The notes: a model not told the origin generated them from the letters alone. A stretch of DNA of 64,000 bases from an uncultured Candidatus Saccharibacteria bacterium (GCA_964428845.1 CAYRZH010000003.1:25884-89883), one strand, 5' to 3'; shown: positions 18,942-28,007, counted from the stretch's first letter. Program-made: numbers and translations.

Positions 18942-19649
18942 CTAGGTGGCTTGAGGGACGGCAACTGGTGTATGAGAACCGACTTGCGACACAGCGAACG
19001 CGAACCCGCGGTCACGAAGCCTCCCGCCGCCAGGCCTGCCGCTGCACGCGTTGAGCCAGCGACCACCGCCGACACGGTCCGCGCAGAGCAAGCGCGGATC
19101 GCCGACGGAGTCGTTGATGGGTTCGTGCATGGCAACGATGTACCACAGACCCATCGCTTCGATCTCCTTGTCCGTGAACTTCTCACGGATGAGGCAGGCC
19201 AGTTCGGCGTTCGGCTTCGAGAGCTTGCGTCTGTCGGCCTCGGCGCGGATCTTCTTCGTGGTCCGGTCGTTGTCCTCGAAGAGCATGCCCTTGAGAACGG
19301 CGACTTCGGTCGTCACGCCGCTCGTCGGCTTGAAGTCAGGGCTTCGGAGCACCTGCTTGGCGTAGTCACCCACACGGAGGCCTCTGCTTTTGAGTCGAGT
19401 GATCCAGGCTTTACCGGTCGTGCCGTCGCTCGTAACCCAGAAGTAGATGACGCCGCCTTCCTCGTGCCAACGCTTGGGGGGGTTGGAGAGCGGGAACGGA
19501 CCACGAATCGCGTCGGCAATTCTCACCTGCTCTACCACAGATGCGCCTCGAAATCTCTGCAGATCCGCTCGAGTGACACCCCTGACATCCAAGATCTCCA
19601 ATGTGGCCATGGCTTCCGAAATAGGTATTTCACTGACAAGGCTCCCCAT
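18942..19649 (-). CDS. High-GC island gene 1: hypothetical protein of an unrecognised family (paralog of 50662-51318 and 26555-27223)
   Basis: About 63% GC against an approximately 40% host. Strong SD (GGAAGGAGAcccaaATG). Shares a 331-bp identical block with 50803-51133. C-terminal motif AMHEPINDS...GGGRWL..C.GRP shared with the two other island genes. Confidence 0.7.
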   Translation of the reverse strand: MGSLVSEIPISEAMATLEILDVRGVTRADLQRFRGASVVEQVRIADAIRGPFPLSNPPKRWHEEGGVIYFWVTSDGTTGKAWITRLKSRGLRVGDYAKQVLRSPDFKPTSGVTTEVAVLKGMLFEDNDRTTKKIRAEADRRKLSKPNAELACLIREKFTDKEIEAMGLWYIVAMHEPINDSVGDPRLLCADRVGGGRWLNACSGRPGGGRLRDRGFAFAVSQVGSHTPVAVPQAT

Positions 19650-19764
19650 TTGGGTCTCCTTCCTTCTTTTGGGCTCTCTTGCTTGCGCAAGCTCGCCGTG
19701 AATCTGATCAGCTAGAGGACCACTACGTCGTGGCCATAGCTATTTAAAAGAACGATTCAGTAGG

Positions 19765-19793
19765 ATTCTACGTCTCCAATAGCTAAACGTCAA
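19765..19793 (-). promoter_or_regulatory. Near-consensus sigma-70 promoter for island gene 1 (TTGACG-N17-TAGAAT)
   Basis: Reverse complement reads ttgacg tttagctattggagacg tagaat. Confidence 0.55.
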
Positions 19794-19867
19794 GGTCGGC
19801 ACGCGAACCAACCTCAATCTCAAACCAATTTCCGCACCTTCGTTTTTCTGCTATAGTTCCCTAATAA

Positions 19868-21814
19868 ATGGATAAAAAAGACAAGAAATACCACGGAACA
19901 ATCACGGTAAGCTCCAGAGGGATAGGTTTCGTAGACATAGACGGCTTCGAAGAAGACATAGAAATAGAGAGTCAGTTTCTCAACACTGCCCTACATGATG
20001 ACGAGGTAGAGGTAGCGCTTTTGCCCCCAGTAAAAGGCGAGCGACAGAGGGGCAAGGTGGTGGAAATAACCAAGCGGGCCAAGACACAGTTTGTTGGCAC
20101 ACTCGACGCTGGCGCGCCGGGTAAAAATGACGAGTTTTTCCTTGTTCCAGATGATCGGCGCCTATACCGAGACATTCTTGTCCCAAAAAGTAAATCTATG
20201 GGAGCAGAGGTTGGCAATAAGGTCCTTGTAAAAATGGAGGATTGGACTGATCCTAAAAAAAGTCCAGTTGGCGAGGTTATTCGGATCATAGGAAAAAGAG
20301 GTGAGCACAATACAGAGATGGAATCCATCGTGCTCGAAAGTGGATTTGAGATTGGATTCCCTGCTGAAGTTGAGCGTGATGCCGAGGAGGTGGCGGCTCG
20401 GGAAAAAGCACGATTCGAAGATGAGATAAAATTACGGAAGGATTTTAGGCAAACCTTTACCTGCACCATAGATCCTTTCGACGCCAAGGACTTCGATGAC
20501 GCCATTTCATTCAAAGAACTTGGTGTCGAGAAGGGGGTTAAAACTTACGAGATCGGGGTTCATATTGCTGACGTATCACATTATGTAAAAGAAGGAAGTG
20601 CTCTCGATATAGAAGCGAGGAAGCGCGGGCTTTCGGTGTATTTGGTAGATCGCACCATACCCATGCTTCCGGAAATCCTCTCAAACGACCTCTGTAGCCT
20701 CAACCCAAACGAAGATAAAATGGCATTTGCAGCAGTTTTTACTATTACTGAAAATGCCGAGGTAAAAAGTAGGTGGTTCGGAAAGACAGTAATAAATTCC
20801 GACAAGCGCTTCACATATGAGGATGCGCAGGGTGTTCTCAACTCAAAAAGTGGTCAGTATTTCAAGGAGTTAAATATTTTAAATGAGATAGCAAAAAAAT
20901 TTCAGGCTGAAAAGTTTAAGCAGGGCGCGATTGACTTTGAGACAGAAGAAGTAAAGTTTCGTCTCGATGATAAAGGGGTACCGATCGAGGTATACAGAAA
21001 AGAGCGCCTAGATACCCACAAGCTAGTAGAAGAATTTATGCTTCTCGCCAATCGTGAAGTAGCTGAGTTCCTTTCCAAAGATTCCAAGCAGAAAAAGGCT
21101 ACGGGGATTTATAGAATTCACGACAATCCAGATCCAGAAAAGATTCTCGATCTTTCGATTTTTCTTAAGGCTCTTGGCTACGACCTCAAGAGTCATGAAG
21201 GGAAAATTTCTTCTGCGGAAATAAATAATCTTCTAAAGAAGGTCGAAGGCACGCCACACGAATCGCTCATAAAGACGGCTGCTATTCGCTCTATGTCAAA
21301 AGCTGTTTACTCTACAAAAAATATCGGGCACTTTGGCCTGGCATTTAAATACTACACGCACTTTACCTCCCCTATTCGCCGCTACCCGGACCTGATCGTC
21401 CATCGGATGTTGGAAAATAATCTCGAGGGTCACCCGGTTCCGCAAGATGAATTTGCCAAATACGAGAAGCTCGCGATCGACGCCTCAGAGCGCGAGATAG
21501 TAGCGGCCGAGGCTGAAAGAGCTTCTATAAAATACAAACAGGTTGAATATATGGAGAAGCACATTGGTGAAATTTTTTCCGGCGCAATTTGCGGAGTTGC
21601 GGAATGGGGTATCTATGTCGAGGAAGAAAATACAAAATGTGAGGGTATGGTAAAACTCCGAGACCTCGGTGGCGATTTCTACACTCTAGACAAGAAAAAT
21701 TACTCGATAGTTGGCGAGCGAACAAAAAGAAAATTTTCTCTTGGTGACAAGGTGAGGTTTAAGGTAGTAGCGGCGGACAGGGACAAAAGAACGCTGGATT
21801 ACGTCTTTGTGTAA
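19868..21814 (+). CDS. rnr: Ribonuclease R (RNase II/R family 3'-5' exoribonuclease)
   Basis: HFGLAFKYYTHFTSPIRRYPDLIVHR RNB catalytic motif, an N-terminal cold-shock-like region and a C-terminal S1 domain. Confidence 0.9.
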   Translation: MDKKDKKYHGTITVSSRGIGFVDIDGFEEDIEIESQFLNTALHDDEVEVALLPPVKGERQRGKVVEITKRAKTQFVGTLDAGAPGKNDEFFLVPDDRRLYRDILVPKSKSMGAEVGNKVLVKMEDWTDPKKSPVGEVIRIIGKRGEHNTEMESIVLESGFEIGFPAEVERDAEEVAAREKARFEDEIKLRKDFRQTFTCTIDPFDAKDFDDAISFKELGVEKGVKTYEIGVHIADVSHYVKEGSALDIEARKRGLSVYLVDRTIPMLPEILSNDLCSLNPNEDKMAFAAVFTITENAEVKSRWFGKTVINSDKRFTYEDAQGVLNSKSGQYFKELNILNEIAKKFQAEKFKQGAIDFETEEVKFRLDDKGVPIEVYRKERLDTHKLVEEFMLLANREVAEFLSKDSKQKKATGIYRIHDNPDPEKILDLSIFLKALGYDLKSHEGKISSAEINNLLKKVEGTPHESLIKTAAIRSMSKAVYSTKNIGHFGLAFKYYTHFTSPIRRYPDLIVHRMLENNLEGHPVPQDEFAKYEKLAIDASEREIVAAEAERASIKYKQVEYMEKHIGEIFSGAICGVAEWGIYVEEENTKCEGMVKLRDLGGDFYTLDKKNYSIVGERTKRKFSLGDKVRFKVVAADRDKRTLDYVFV

Positions 21815-21998
21815 TGAATTCCAGTGGAAATATCGCCACGAGAGGGTGCACAGGCCGGTTTGCATGGTTTTGTCAAATTTGGTCAGTCACTCAGGTAAGT
21901 ATCTGACAAATTTGACAAAAAACTGGCCGAGCACTAGTGAGCAGCCTCGCTGGAGGCTGCGAACGCCCTCGAGGGGCAATATTTCCACTGGAATTCAC

Positions 21999-24308
21999 CT
22001 ACTTCGCCACTGTCACCGCCTCCTCAAATTTTATTGAAAGGATCTTTGAGACGCCTCCTATCATGGTGACTCCGTAGAGGATGCCGGCGCGCGACATCGT
22101 TTCCCTATTGTGAGTAATAAGAATGAGCTGAGAGAGCTTAGCAAGATTTTCGATCATATCTCCATACTTCTTTGAGTTGGCCTCATCGAGAGCCGCGTCT
22201 GTTTCGTCCAAAATGATAAATGGTGGTGGGTTTACCTGGGAAATCGCAAAGATAAGAGCGATTGAGGTAAGCGCTCTCTCACCGCCCGAAAGCATCATTA
22301 ATCCTTTGATTTTCTTGCGCGGCAAACTTACAGAAATATCAACCCCCTCTTCTTCCCCCTCGATTGTTTCTGAATTCTCGCCCTCTGGAACAACATCGAT
22401 GTCTGGGCCTTCCTCGAGGAGACTCGAGATGTCGGTGTCTGATCTAGGGCGGCGTTTTTCCTTTACGATTTCGAGTGAGGCACTCCCACCACCAAACATA
22501 AGGGAGAAAAATTCTTCGAATTGTCTGTTTATTTTATCAATGCCTGTCTTAAATTCGGTGTTGATCTTTTGTTCCAGATCACCAATAAGTTTACGGAGAG
22601 ACAGGGCAGATTTTTCCAAATCCGAAAGTTCGCTTGCAAGAAAGGCGTCTCGATCCGAGACATCCTTGTACTCCTTTAGAGTTTCGTCACTCGAAAGGGC
22701 TCCGCTGTCCTCTATCCTGATTTTAATCTTTTCTATTTCACGACGACGATTTTCCTGGAAACTACGATTTTCGCGGGCAATCTCTTTTGTATCGAGCTTG
22801 ACGCTATCTTCTGAAAGGACTTCGAATCTTTCAAAATCCAAAACTTCCCGTCCGATAAGGACACCAGCCTCACCAAGCTCCCTCTTGAAATTCTCTTCCT
22901 CAAGGCGAATTTTATCAGCCAAACTTTTAGAGATATTTAATCTTGAGATGGCTTCATTTTGGAGAGACATTATCTCAAAGACTTTCTTTTCTGCATCTCT
23001 GTTGGTATCTTTTTCTTTTTCTATGTCTCTCTCAAGAATTTTGTACTGCTCATAGGATTCCTTATCTTCTCTGTCAATATTTTTTATCTCTTTTTCAATA
23101 GATGATTTTTCGTGTCGCAACTTTTCTAAATCACTTTCTATTTCACCAAGTGAACCATCGGATGATTTTGACTTATGTTTATGAACAAAAGAATGCAACA
23201 AATCTTTTATCTCATCTAAAATCTTTTGTAGGAAAGTTGGGTTGTCATTTTTTGCGATCTTTTCTACCTCGAACTCTACCTTTTCTATGAGCTCCTCTAC
23301 ATCAGCTATCGCCACTGCTTTGTCTGGAAGCGTGTGGGAAAGCTCTTTTTGTCTTTTAAGCAACCGCTCGCCAGACGATATCTCTCCCTCGATACGGCCC
23401 AGATCGCGCATGAGCTTGTCCTTCTCGATTCTTATTTTCCGTATTTTTTCCTCCAATTCCACGATTTTTGAGCTTTTGGAGTCATGATTCGCGGATTTTC
23501 TAAGAATCTCTTTGGCATGAGAAAGTCCGGCCTCTAGATCTTTAAGTTCTTTGTCTATAGGCCGCCTTTCATTTTCTATCTCCTGTTTTTTTGTAGAAAG
23601 ATAGATACTTTCGCGTTTCAAATATTCTTTGTAAAGCGACAGCAACCTATTCTTCATCTCAAGGGCTTTCTCTACTTTTTCCACTTGCTTCTTGAGGAAT
23701 TTGAGATGAGGCAATATTTCACGACGAAGTGACTCGACAGATTTGATATTTTCTTCGGTTTTAGCAAGTTTGCGCTCACTCTCCTCTCTTTTGTATTGGT
23801 AGACCTTGAGACCAAGCGCACCCTCGATCATTGATTTGCGCTCCTTTGTGTTGGCATTTAGGATCCGATCTGCCTCACCTTGGGAGATAATATGGTGCCC
23901 AGAGGAGCTTATATGAGCACCGGCCATCAGTTCTAGTACGTCACGGAGTCTCACTGCACTGCCGTTTATGAGATACTCGTTTATTCCATCGCGATAGACA
24001 ACTCGTTCCAAGGAGACTTCGTCGAAGTCAAGATCGAGAAAGCGCTTACTATTATCAAATACAATTTTTACAGAAGCACGGTTGGCCCGACCGACGTCTC
24101 CCCCGCCGTTAAAGATAAGGTCTTCACCTTTTTTGCCACGGAGAGACTTGATAGACTGCTCTCCCAGAACAAATCTAAACGCTTCGGCAATATTTGATTT
24201 TCCCGATCCGTTTGGACCAACTATGGCTGAAATCGCTGTACCGAAAGAGAGTTCACATTTTTTAGCAAAAGACTTGAAGCCGGAAAGTTCGAGACTTTTT
24301 AGATACAT
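21999..24308 (-). CDS. smc: SMC-family chromosome segregation ATPase, short form (769 aa)
   Basis: N-terminal FKSF...GPNGSGKSN Walker A. A long charged coiled-coil. C-terminal LSGGERALTSIAL signature and ILDETDAALD Walker B. Confidence 0.8.
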   Translation of the reverse strand: MYLKSLELSGFKSFAKKCELSFGTAISAIVGPNGSGKSNIAEAFRFVLGEQSIKSLRGKKGEDLIFNGGGDVGRANRASVKIVFDNSKRFLDLDFDEVSLERVVYRDGINEYLINGSAVRLRDVLELMAGAHISSSGHHIISQGEADRILNANTKERKSMIEGALGLKVYQYKREESERKLAKTEENIKSVESLRREILPHLKFLKKQVEKVEKALEMKNRLLSLYKEYLKRESIYLSTKKQEIENERRPIDKELKDLEAGLSHAKEILRKSANHDSKSSKIVELEEKIRKIRIEKDKLMRDLGRIEGEISSGERLLKRQKELSHTLPDKAVAIADVEELIEKVEFEVEKIAKNDNPTFLQKILDEIKDLLHSFVHKHKSKSSDGSLGEIESDLEKLRHEKSSIEKEIKNIDREDKESYEQYKILERDIEKEKDTNRDAEKKVFEIMSLQNEAISRLNISKSLADKIRLEEENFKRELGEAGVLIGREVLDFERFEVLSEDSVKLDTKEIARENRSFQENRRREIEKIKIRIEDSGALSSDETLKEYKDVSDRDAFLASELSDLEKSALSLRKLIGDLEQKINTEFKTGIDKINRQFEEFFSLMFGGGSASLEIVKEKRRPRSDTDISSLLEEGPDIDVVPEGENSETIEGEEEGVDISVSLPRKKIKGLMMLSGGERALTSIALIFAISQVNPPPFIILDETDAALDEANSKKYGDMIENLAKLSQLILITHNRETMSRAGILYGVTMIGGVSKILSIKFEEAVTVAK

Positions 24309-24327
24309 AGAAATAAGGATAACATTT

Positions 24328-25026
24328 CTATTTCCAACTCTTAACCTTCAGAGCGTTACGAGCGGCTTCTTGCTCGGCGTCTTGTTTGGACTTGCCAAAG
24401 CCGGTTGCGACAAGCTCTCTGCCTAGGTAGACACCGACGGTAAATTGTTTGTCATGGTCTGGACCGGTTTCCTTGCTGGTTTTGTATGCTGGAGTAACAC
24501 CTTCCATATCTTGGGCACGCTCTTGAAAAAGGCTCTTGGCATCAATCCATGAACCCTTTTCGACGATTTCGTCGATCAGGGGTGAGACATTGTCTAGGAC
24601 AAAAATTTTGGCTTTCTCGTACCCTTGGTCTAGAAAAATGGCGCCGATGATGGATTCGAGGGTATTGGCGAGGATGTATTGACGGGCCCGTCCAGTATCT
24701 TTCATCTCACCGCGAGAAAGAAGTAGGAAATCATTTACCCCAAGCTTGGTAGCTACTTCGGAACAAGTAGTGGCGTTGACCAGAGCAGATCTGTAGGCAG
24801 TCAAATCACCTTCGGTTTTGTCTTTATACTTCTTATACAAATAATCTGTGACGATAAGCTCAAGCACTGCGTCCCCGAGAAACTCCAAGCGCTCATTGTG
24901 TTCTAGGTTAAAGTCCTTGTTTTCATTTATATATGAACGGTGAACAAAGGCCTGTTTTAGAAGGTCCTTGTTTTTAAATGTGACAGCGATCTTTTTTTCA
25001 AAAATTGAAAAATCTGGAATAGACAT
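24328..25026 (-). CDS. rnc: Ribonuclease III
   Basis: ERLEFLGDAVLELIV RNase III signature and a C-terminal dsRBD. Confidence 0.9.
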   Translation of the reverse strand: MSIPDFSIFEKKIAVTFKNKDLLKQAFVHRSYINENKDFNLEHNERLEFLGDAVLELIVTDYLYKKYKDKTEGDLTAYRSALVNATTCSEVATKLGVNDFLLLSRGEMKDTGRARQYILANTLESIIGAIFLDQGYEKAKIFVLDNVSPLIDEIVEKGSWIDAKSLFQERAQDMEGVTPAYKTSKETGPDHDKQFTVGVYLGRELVATGFGKSKQDAEQEAARNALKVKSWK

Positions 25027-25043
25027 GGTGGGCTTTCTAGAAA

Positions 25044-25985
25044 TTATTTCTTAAGCAAGATATTGATAGCTTTTGTAACAATAGGAAGGATATCGTTGTA
25101 GAAGTTCAGATCAAGGATATCAGCCAATTTGAACCATTTGGCGTCATCGAGACCGCCGTTTCCCTCTTCGAGCTTCAGATCTTTAAACTTCGCTTCGGCA
25201 AGAAAATATACAACCTGTTTTTTCTTTTTGCCATTTTCGGGATGATAGGCAATGTATTCGTTTTCGCCCAGTTTCTCCTTGGGGACTACATCTACGCCTA
25301 TCTCTTCTTTGGCTTTTCTTACAATACCATCAGCATACTCTTCTTCTGGGCCAATTTTCCCTTTGGTAAGGGTCCAGTGGCCGAAGACATCGTGGACAAG
25401 TGCAAGATAGATATCTCCCTTGTGGTGGGAGTAAACTACGGCACCACAGAGTTTTTCTACCGGGATCTTGTCTGCGGGGATATCTTTATTTGGCTTTTTT
25501 TTTGAGGTTTCGTTTTTGCCCGGCTCCCCCATTTCTTTGTACACCGCCCCCAAAACCCCGTTTACAAATTTGCTGCTAGTGTCACCGCCAAATGTTTTGG
25601 CTAGTTCGATAGCTTCGTTGATGGCGACTTTTGGTGGTACCTCGTCTCGATTGCCAAAGATGAGCTCGTAGAGGCCAATTCTTAAAATGTTTCTATCGAC
25701 GACAGATATTTTCTCAAGTGGCCAGTCTGGTGCTGCCTTTACGATTATGTTATCGAGATCTTTTTCTTTCTTGAGCACATTTTTCATAAGTGACTCCATA
25801 AACGAAAAATCTCCTATACCAGGAGCAAATTCTTCTGCATTTCTACGGAAAATTTCCATGGCCTCCTTCTCACTCTTTTTTCCAAAGTCTACTTCAAAGA
25901 GTGACTGCACGACTATTGATCTCGATAGGTGTCTGTTTGCCATATTCTCTATTTGCAAGAACTGTTCACCTTTACTATAACCCAA
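25044..25985 (-). CDS. nusB: Fusion protein: NusB antitermination factor (N-terminal) plus NUDIX hydrolase (C-terminal)
   Basis: N-terminal half resembles NusB (LFEVDF..., VDRNILRIGLYELIF). C-terminal half carries a Nudix box GKIGPEEEYADGIVRKAKEEIGV. Confidence 0.7.
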   Translation of the reverse strand: MGYSKGEQFLQIENMANRHLSRSIVVQSLFEVDFGKKSEKEAMEIFRRNAEEFAPGIGDFSFMESLMKNVLKKEKDLDNIIVKAAPDWPLEKISVVDRNILRIGLYELIFGNRDEVPPKVAINEAIELAKTFGGDTSSKFVNGVLGAVYKEMGEPGKNETSKKKPNKDIPADKIPVEKLCGAVVYSHHKGDIYLALVHDVFGHWTLTKGKIGPEEEYADGIVRKAKEEIGVDVVPKEKLGENEYIAYHPENGKKKKQVVYFLAEAKFKDLKLEEGNGGLDDAKWFKLADILDLNFYNDILPIVTKAINILLKK

Positions 25986-25999
25986 ACAGATATTTTTTT

Positions 26000-26221
26000 C
26001 TATTTCTTTTCCTTCTGCGCCTGTTTTTTGGCCTTCTTTTTGAGCTGTCCCTCGAGATTTATGACTATTTTACCTTTATATTTGCCACAATTCATACAAA
26101 CGGCATGTTTGAGCTTTGAAGATCCACAGTCTTTGCAAAGAGAAAGAGATCGCGCTTTTAGAGCGTGATGAGACCGGCGATTGCCGGTGTGAGAGCGGGT
26201 GCTGCGCATTCGGACTACCAT
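26000..26221 (-). CDS. rpmF: 50S ribosomal protein L32
   Basis: [22 protein letters not shown] is the canonical L32 N-terminus. Zinc-ribbon CKDCG...CMNCG. Confidence 0.85.
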   Translation of the reverse strand: MVVRMRSTRSHTGNRRSHHALKARSLSLCKDCGSSKLKHAVCMNCGKYKGKIVINLEGQLKKKAKKQAQKEKK

Positions 26222-26227
26222 GGGTGG

Positions 26228-26258
26228 GTATTATACATGGCAGTGGCGGGAAATCAAT
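26228..26258 (-). promoter_or_regulatory. Sigma-70-like promoter for rpmF (TTGATT-N16-TATAAT)
   Basis: Reverse complement reads ttgatt tcccgccactgccatg tataat acccaccc ATG. Confidence 0.5.
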
Positions 26259-26264
26259 AGAGGT

Positions 26265-26373
26265 GGGTTTTGAATAGCATACCTCGTCGAGCACGGATAA
26301 ATTTCTGCTGAAATTTTCCTCGAGCTCGCGCCGTCGCGCTCGCTAGTCTCGCCTCGGCATCTATTCAAAACCC
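26265..26373. repeat. Hairpin element copy 2
   Basis: Full-length alignment to copy 1. The core ctcgtcgagcacggataaattt.tgct.aaattttcctcgagctcgcgccgtcgcgctcgctagtctcgcctcgg is identical except for 2 nt. Lies immediately upstream of the rpmF promoter. Confidence 0.8.
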
Positions 26374-26483
26374 TGATAGATACGCAAATCTTCCTGCGCA
26401 GTCTCCTCGTGCAATCTCCAAGCCAGACACCAGACGCCATCTCGCTCCGGAACCTATTAAAGATCGCAAAGATTGACTTACCT

Positions 26484-26510
26484 ACACCTATGAAAAAGCC
26501 CCGGAGACGC
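26484..26510 (-). terminator. Rho-independent terminator downstream of island gene 2
   Basis: gccccg gagacg cggggc hairpin with an A-run on the plus strand, giving a T-run on the minus strand. Confidence 0.65.
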
Positions 26511-26554
26511 GGGGCTCGAAGAGTCTAAAACGGAAGATGACCAATACTCAAGAA

Positions 26555-27223
26555 CTACTTACGACGGACAAACACCAAGCGGTGGCCAGGACCCCAGACG
26601 CTGAGAGGGCGGCCGTCGCAAGTACGGAGCCACCGCCCACCACAGACGTCGCATCCGACAGAGAACACGTCGAGGTCGCTGTACGAGTCCCAAATGGGAT
26701 GCATCGCGATAGCGACACACTCGTCGTTGGGTTGGTCGATGTACTGCAAGCGCAGTTGCGGACCGGCTTCTGCTGGACAGAGACCAAGTCCGAGCTTGTC
26801 GGCCTCGGCACAGATGTTATAGAAGGCCGTACTGTGCTTGAAGCCGAGTTCAGCTACTGTAACAAGCACGAGGTCGAGTTCTATCGGCTCCTTGCTCACG
26901 ATAAACTCGGGCTTGTCGAGGATGTCGCCCGCCGCCAGGTCGTCGATTTTCATTTTCGCGGACTTGATGGCCCTTCGGAAACCCGCGCCATCCTTGATGC
27001 CGGTGCCGAGCTTGATGGTTTTCCATGTCGACCAGGCCCTAATAGGCTCGGCTCTTGCCCTGCCACCATTGCGGAGAAACTCCGTGAACCGAACCCCCGC
27101 ATTGTGCGGACTGTCGATCAGTGCCTGGACGCCACTTGGGCTAAGCACTTCCCAGTTGGTGTTTGCCCCCAACTTGGCAAGCAACTCGAATCTCTGCTCG
27201 ACGCAGATTGTCTTGGCAGCCAT
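26555..27223 (-). CDS. High-GC island gene 2: hypothetical protein, a divergent paralog of island genes 1 and 3
   Basis: High GC. SD AAAGGAGGtagccaATG. Shared blocks with the island-1/3 proteins: GTGIKDGAG vs DGTTGKAW, ICAEADKLGL vs IRAEADRRKL, AIAMHPIWDS vs IVAMHEPINDS, CGGRWLRTCDGRP vs GGGRWLNACSGRP. Confidence 0.6.
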   Translation of the reverse strand: MAAKTICVEQRFELLAKLGANTNWEVLSPSGVQALIDSPHNAGVRFTEFLRNGGRARAEPIRAWSTWKTIKLGTGIKDGAGFRRAIKSAKMKIDDLAAGDILDKPEFIVSKEPIELDLVLVTVAELGFKHSTAFYNICAEADKLGLGLCPAEAGPQLRLQYIDQPNDECVAIAMHPIWDSYSDLDVFSVGCDVCGGRWLRTCDGRPLSVWGPGHRLVFVRRK

Positions 27224-27302
27224 TGGCTACCTCCTTTTCTGTGCAGCTTACCTCCCTCGCAACATGCGAAGAAAGCTAACCGCCACTCAAAGAACTCTCC
27301 AG

Positions 27303-27331
27303 ATTGTACATTTACTAGCCAGGCTTGTCAA
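27303..27331 (-). promoter_or_regulatory. Consensus sigma-70 promoter for island gene 2 (TTGACA-N17-TACAAT)
   Basis: Reverse complement reads ttgaca agcctggctagtaaatg tacaat. Confidence 0.6.
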
Positions 27332-27360
27332 TATCGATGACTTGACCTATACATATTGAC

Positions 27361-27984
27361 TCAATTTAAAATATTTCCAATAAAACTCCTCCTATGTATC
27401 TCACACGGCCCGAGTTTTCTAATAAGCGAAATGTGGCGCTTAGTGCCATACCCCTTATGCACATGGAAATCAAAACCCGGGTACGCAAGCGACAGACGTT
27501 CCATCCGGCGATCACGCATCACTTTGGCAGCAATAGACGCAAGACCAATGATCGGCTCTTTTTCATCCCCGCCGATGATAGTCTTTTGATACAAAAACTC
27601 TCTCGGTGCCTTGAGACCACCATCGAGAAGTATGAAGGACTCTTCAGGATTTATTCCAAGCTTAGAAAGAGATCTTTTGATAGCAAGCCGCGTCACTCTA
27701 CTGATCCCTAGATTGTCGACAAGTCTCGAACTCACGAATGAAACCCGATACTCAAGAATGGCCTCCCGCCGCGCCGCCTTTATTTTCTCAAACCAGATTG
27801 CCCGACCTAGAGGGGTGAGATCTTTTGAGTCACGCACGTCGCGGAAAAAACTTTTAGGAAAATCATTCTTCACAAGCACCGCCCCAACAGCAATAGGCCC
27901 CGCCAAAGGACCGCGTCCTACTTCATCGATTCCCACTATGTATTTGATAGAGGGTAATTTTTGTGCCGTACGAAAATAATGCAT
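27361..27984 (-). CDS. rnhB: Ribonuclease HII
   Basis: IVGIDEVGRGPLAGPIAVGAVLV N-terminal catalytic motif. Confidence 0.9.
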   Translation of the reverse strand: MHYFRTAQKLPSIKYIVGIDEVGRGPLAGPIAVGAVLVKNDFPKSFFRDVRDSKDLTPLGRAIWFEKIKAARREAILEYRVSFVSSRLVDNLGISRVTRLAIKRSLSKLGINPEESFILLDGGLKAPREFLYQKTIIGGDEKEPIIGLASIAAKVMRDRRMERLSLAYPGFDFHVHKGYGTKRHISLIRKLGPCEIHRRSFIGNILN

Positions 27985-28007
27985 GCCTGCTTTGATATAA
28001 TTCTAAC

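Noticed and set aside
19108-19438. Diversity-generating retroelement (template/variable repeat) explanation for the 331-bp repeat
   Set aside because: The two copies are identical rather than differing at adenines. The repeat is in the middle of both genes, not at a C-terminal VR. No reverse transcriptase gene is present.
26537-27340. Plus-strand 267-aa ORF covering island 2
   Set aside because: The promoter, SD and terminator are all on the minus strand, and only the minus-strand product aligns with island genes 1 and 3. The plus ORF is an artefact of a high-GC open frame.
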